A DNA stretch of 64,000 nt from Camelus ferus (taxonomy: Eukaryota): the NCBI RefSeq assembly GCF_009834535.1, contig NC_045696.1, positions 23,996,001 to 24,060,000 of the forward strand, written 5' to 3'. Shown piece by piece: positions 63,940 through 64,000 of this stretch (the stretch's first letter is position 1; each line of letters starts with the position of its first letter). The notes under the pieces are model-generated. The model saw only the letters and a list, made by a program, of their open reading frames with translations, did not search any database and had not been told where the DNA came from. The position numbers were made by a program, and so were the translations under genes.

Positions 63940-64000
63940 ATAAATATATATATAAGTGTACATATATTTTTATATATTTATATATATTTTATGTGTTATA
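63940..64000. repeat. AT-rich (TA)n low-complexity tract
   Basis: Directly visible at the window end. Confidence 0.85.

Overview
This is mammalian (eutherian) non-coding DNA, most likely an intergenic or deep-intronic interval of a camelid-type cetartiodactyl genome. That inference rests on young L1 3' ends of the artiodactyl/camelid type and on not seeing any ruminant Bov-tA/BovB, pig PRE1, cetacean CHR or primate Alu SINE in 64 kb. I found no convincing protein-coding exon, RNA gene, CRISPR array or prokaryotic feature; the listed ORFs fall in repeats, microsatellites or random sequence. The window is a mosaic of old repeats (L1M, HAL1, L2, CR1/L3, MIR, MaLR/ERVL/ERV1 LTRs, hAT and Tigger MITEs) and a few young 5'-truncated L1 copies with target-site duplications. 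The most notable item is a ~1.3-1.7 kb minus-strand relic at ~32.1-33.8 kb. Read across frameshifts, it gives the ordered protease and reverse transcriptase motifs of a Ty3/Gypsy (Mag/SURL-like) pol, and it retains unexpectedly many CpGs. Three short CpG-enriched, motif-dense segments (15.7, 25.8 and 42.1 kb) are candidate promoters or enhancers. All repeat-family names are by-eye recognition from remembered consensus sequences, not database results, and boundaries are approximate.
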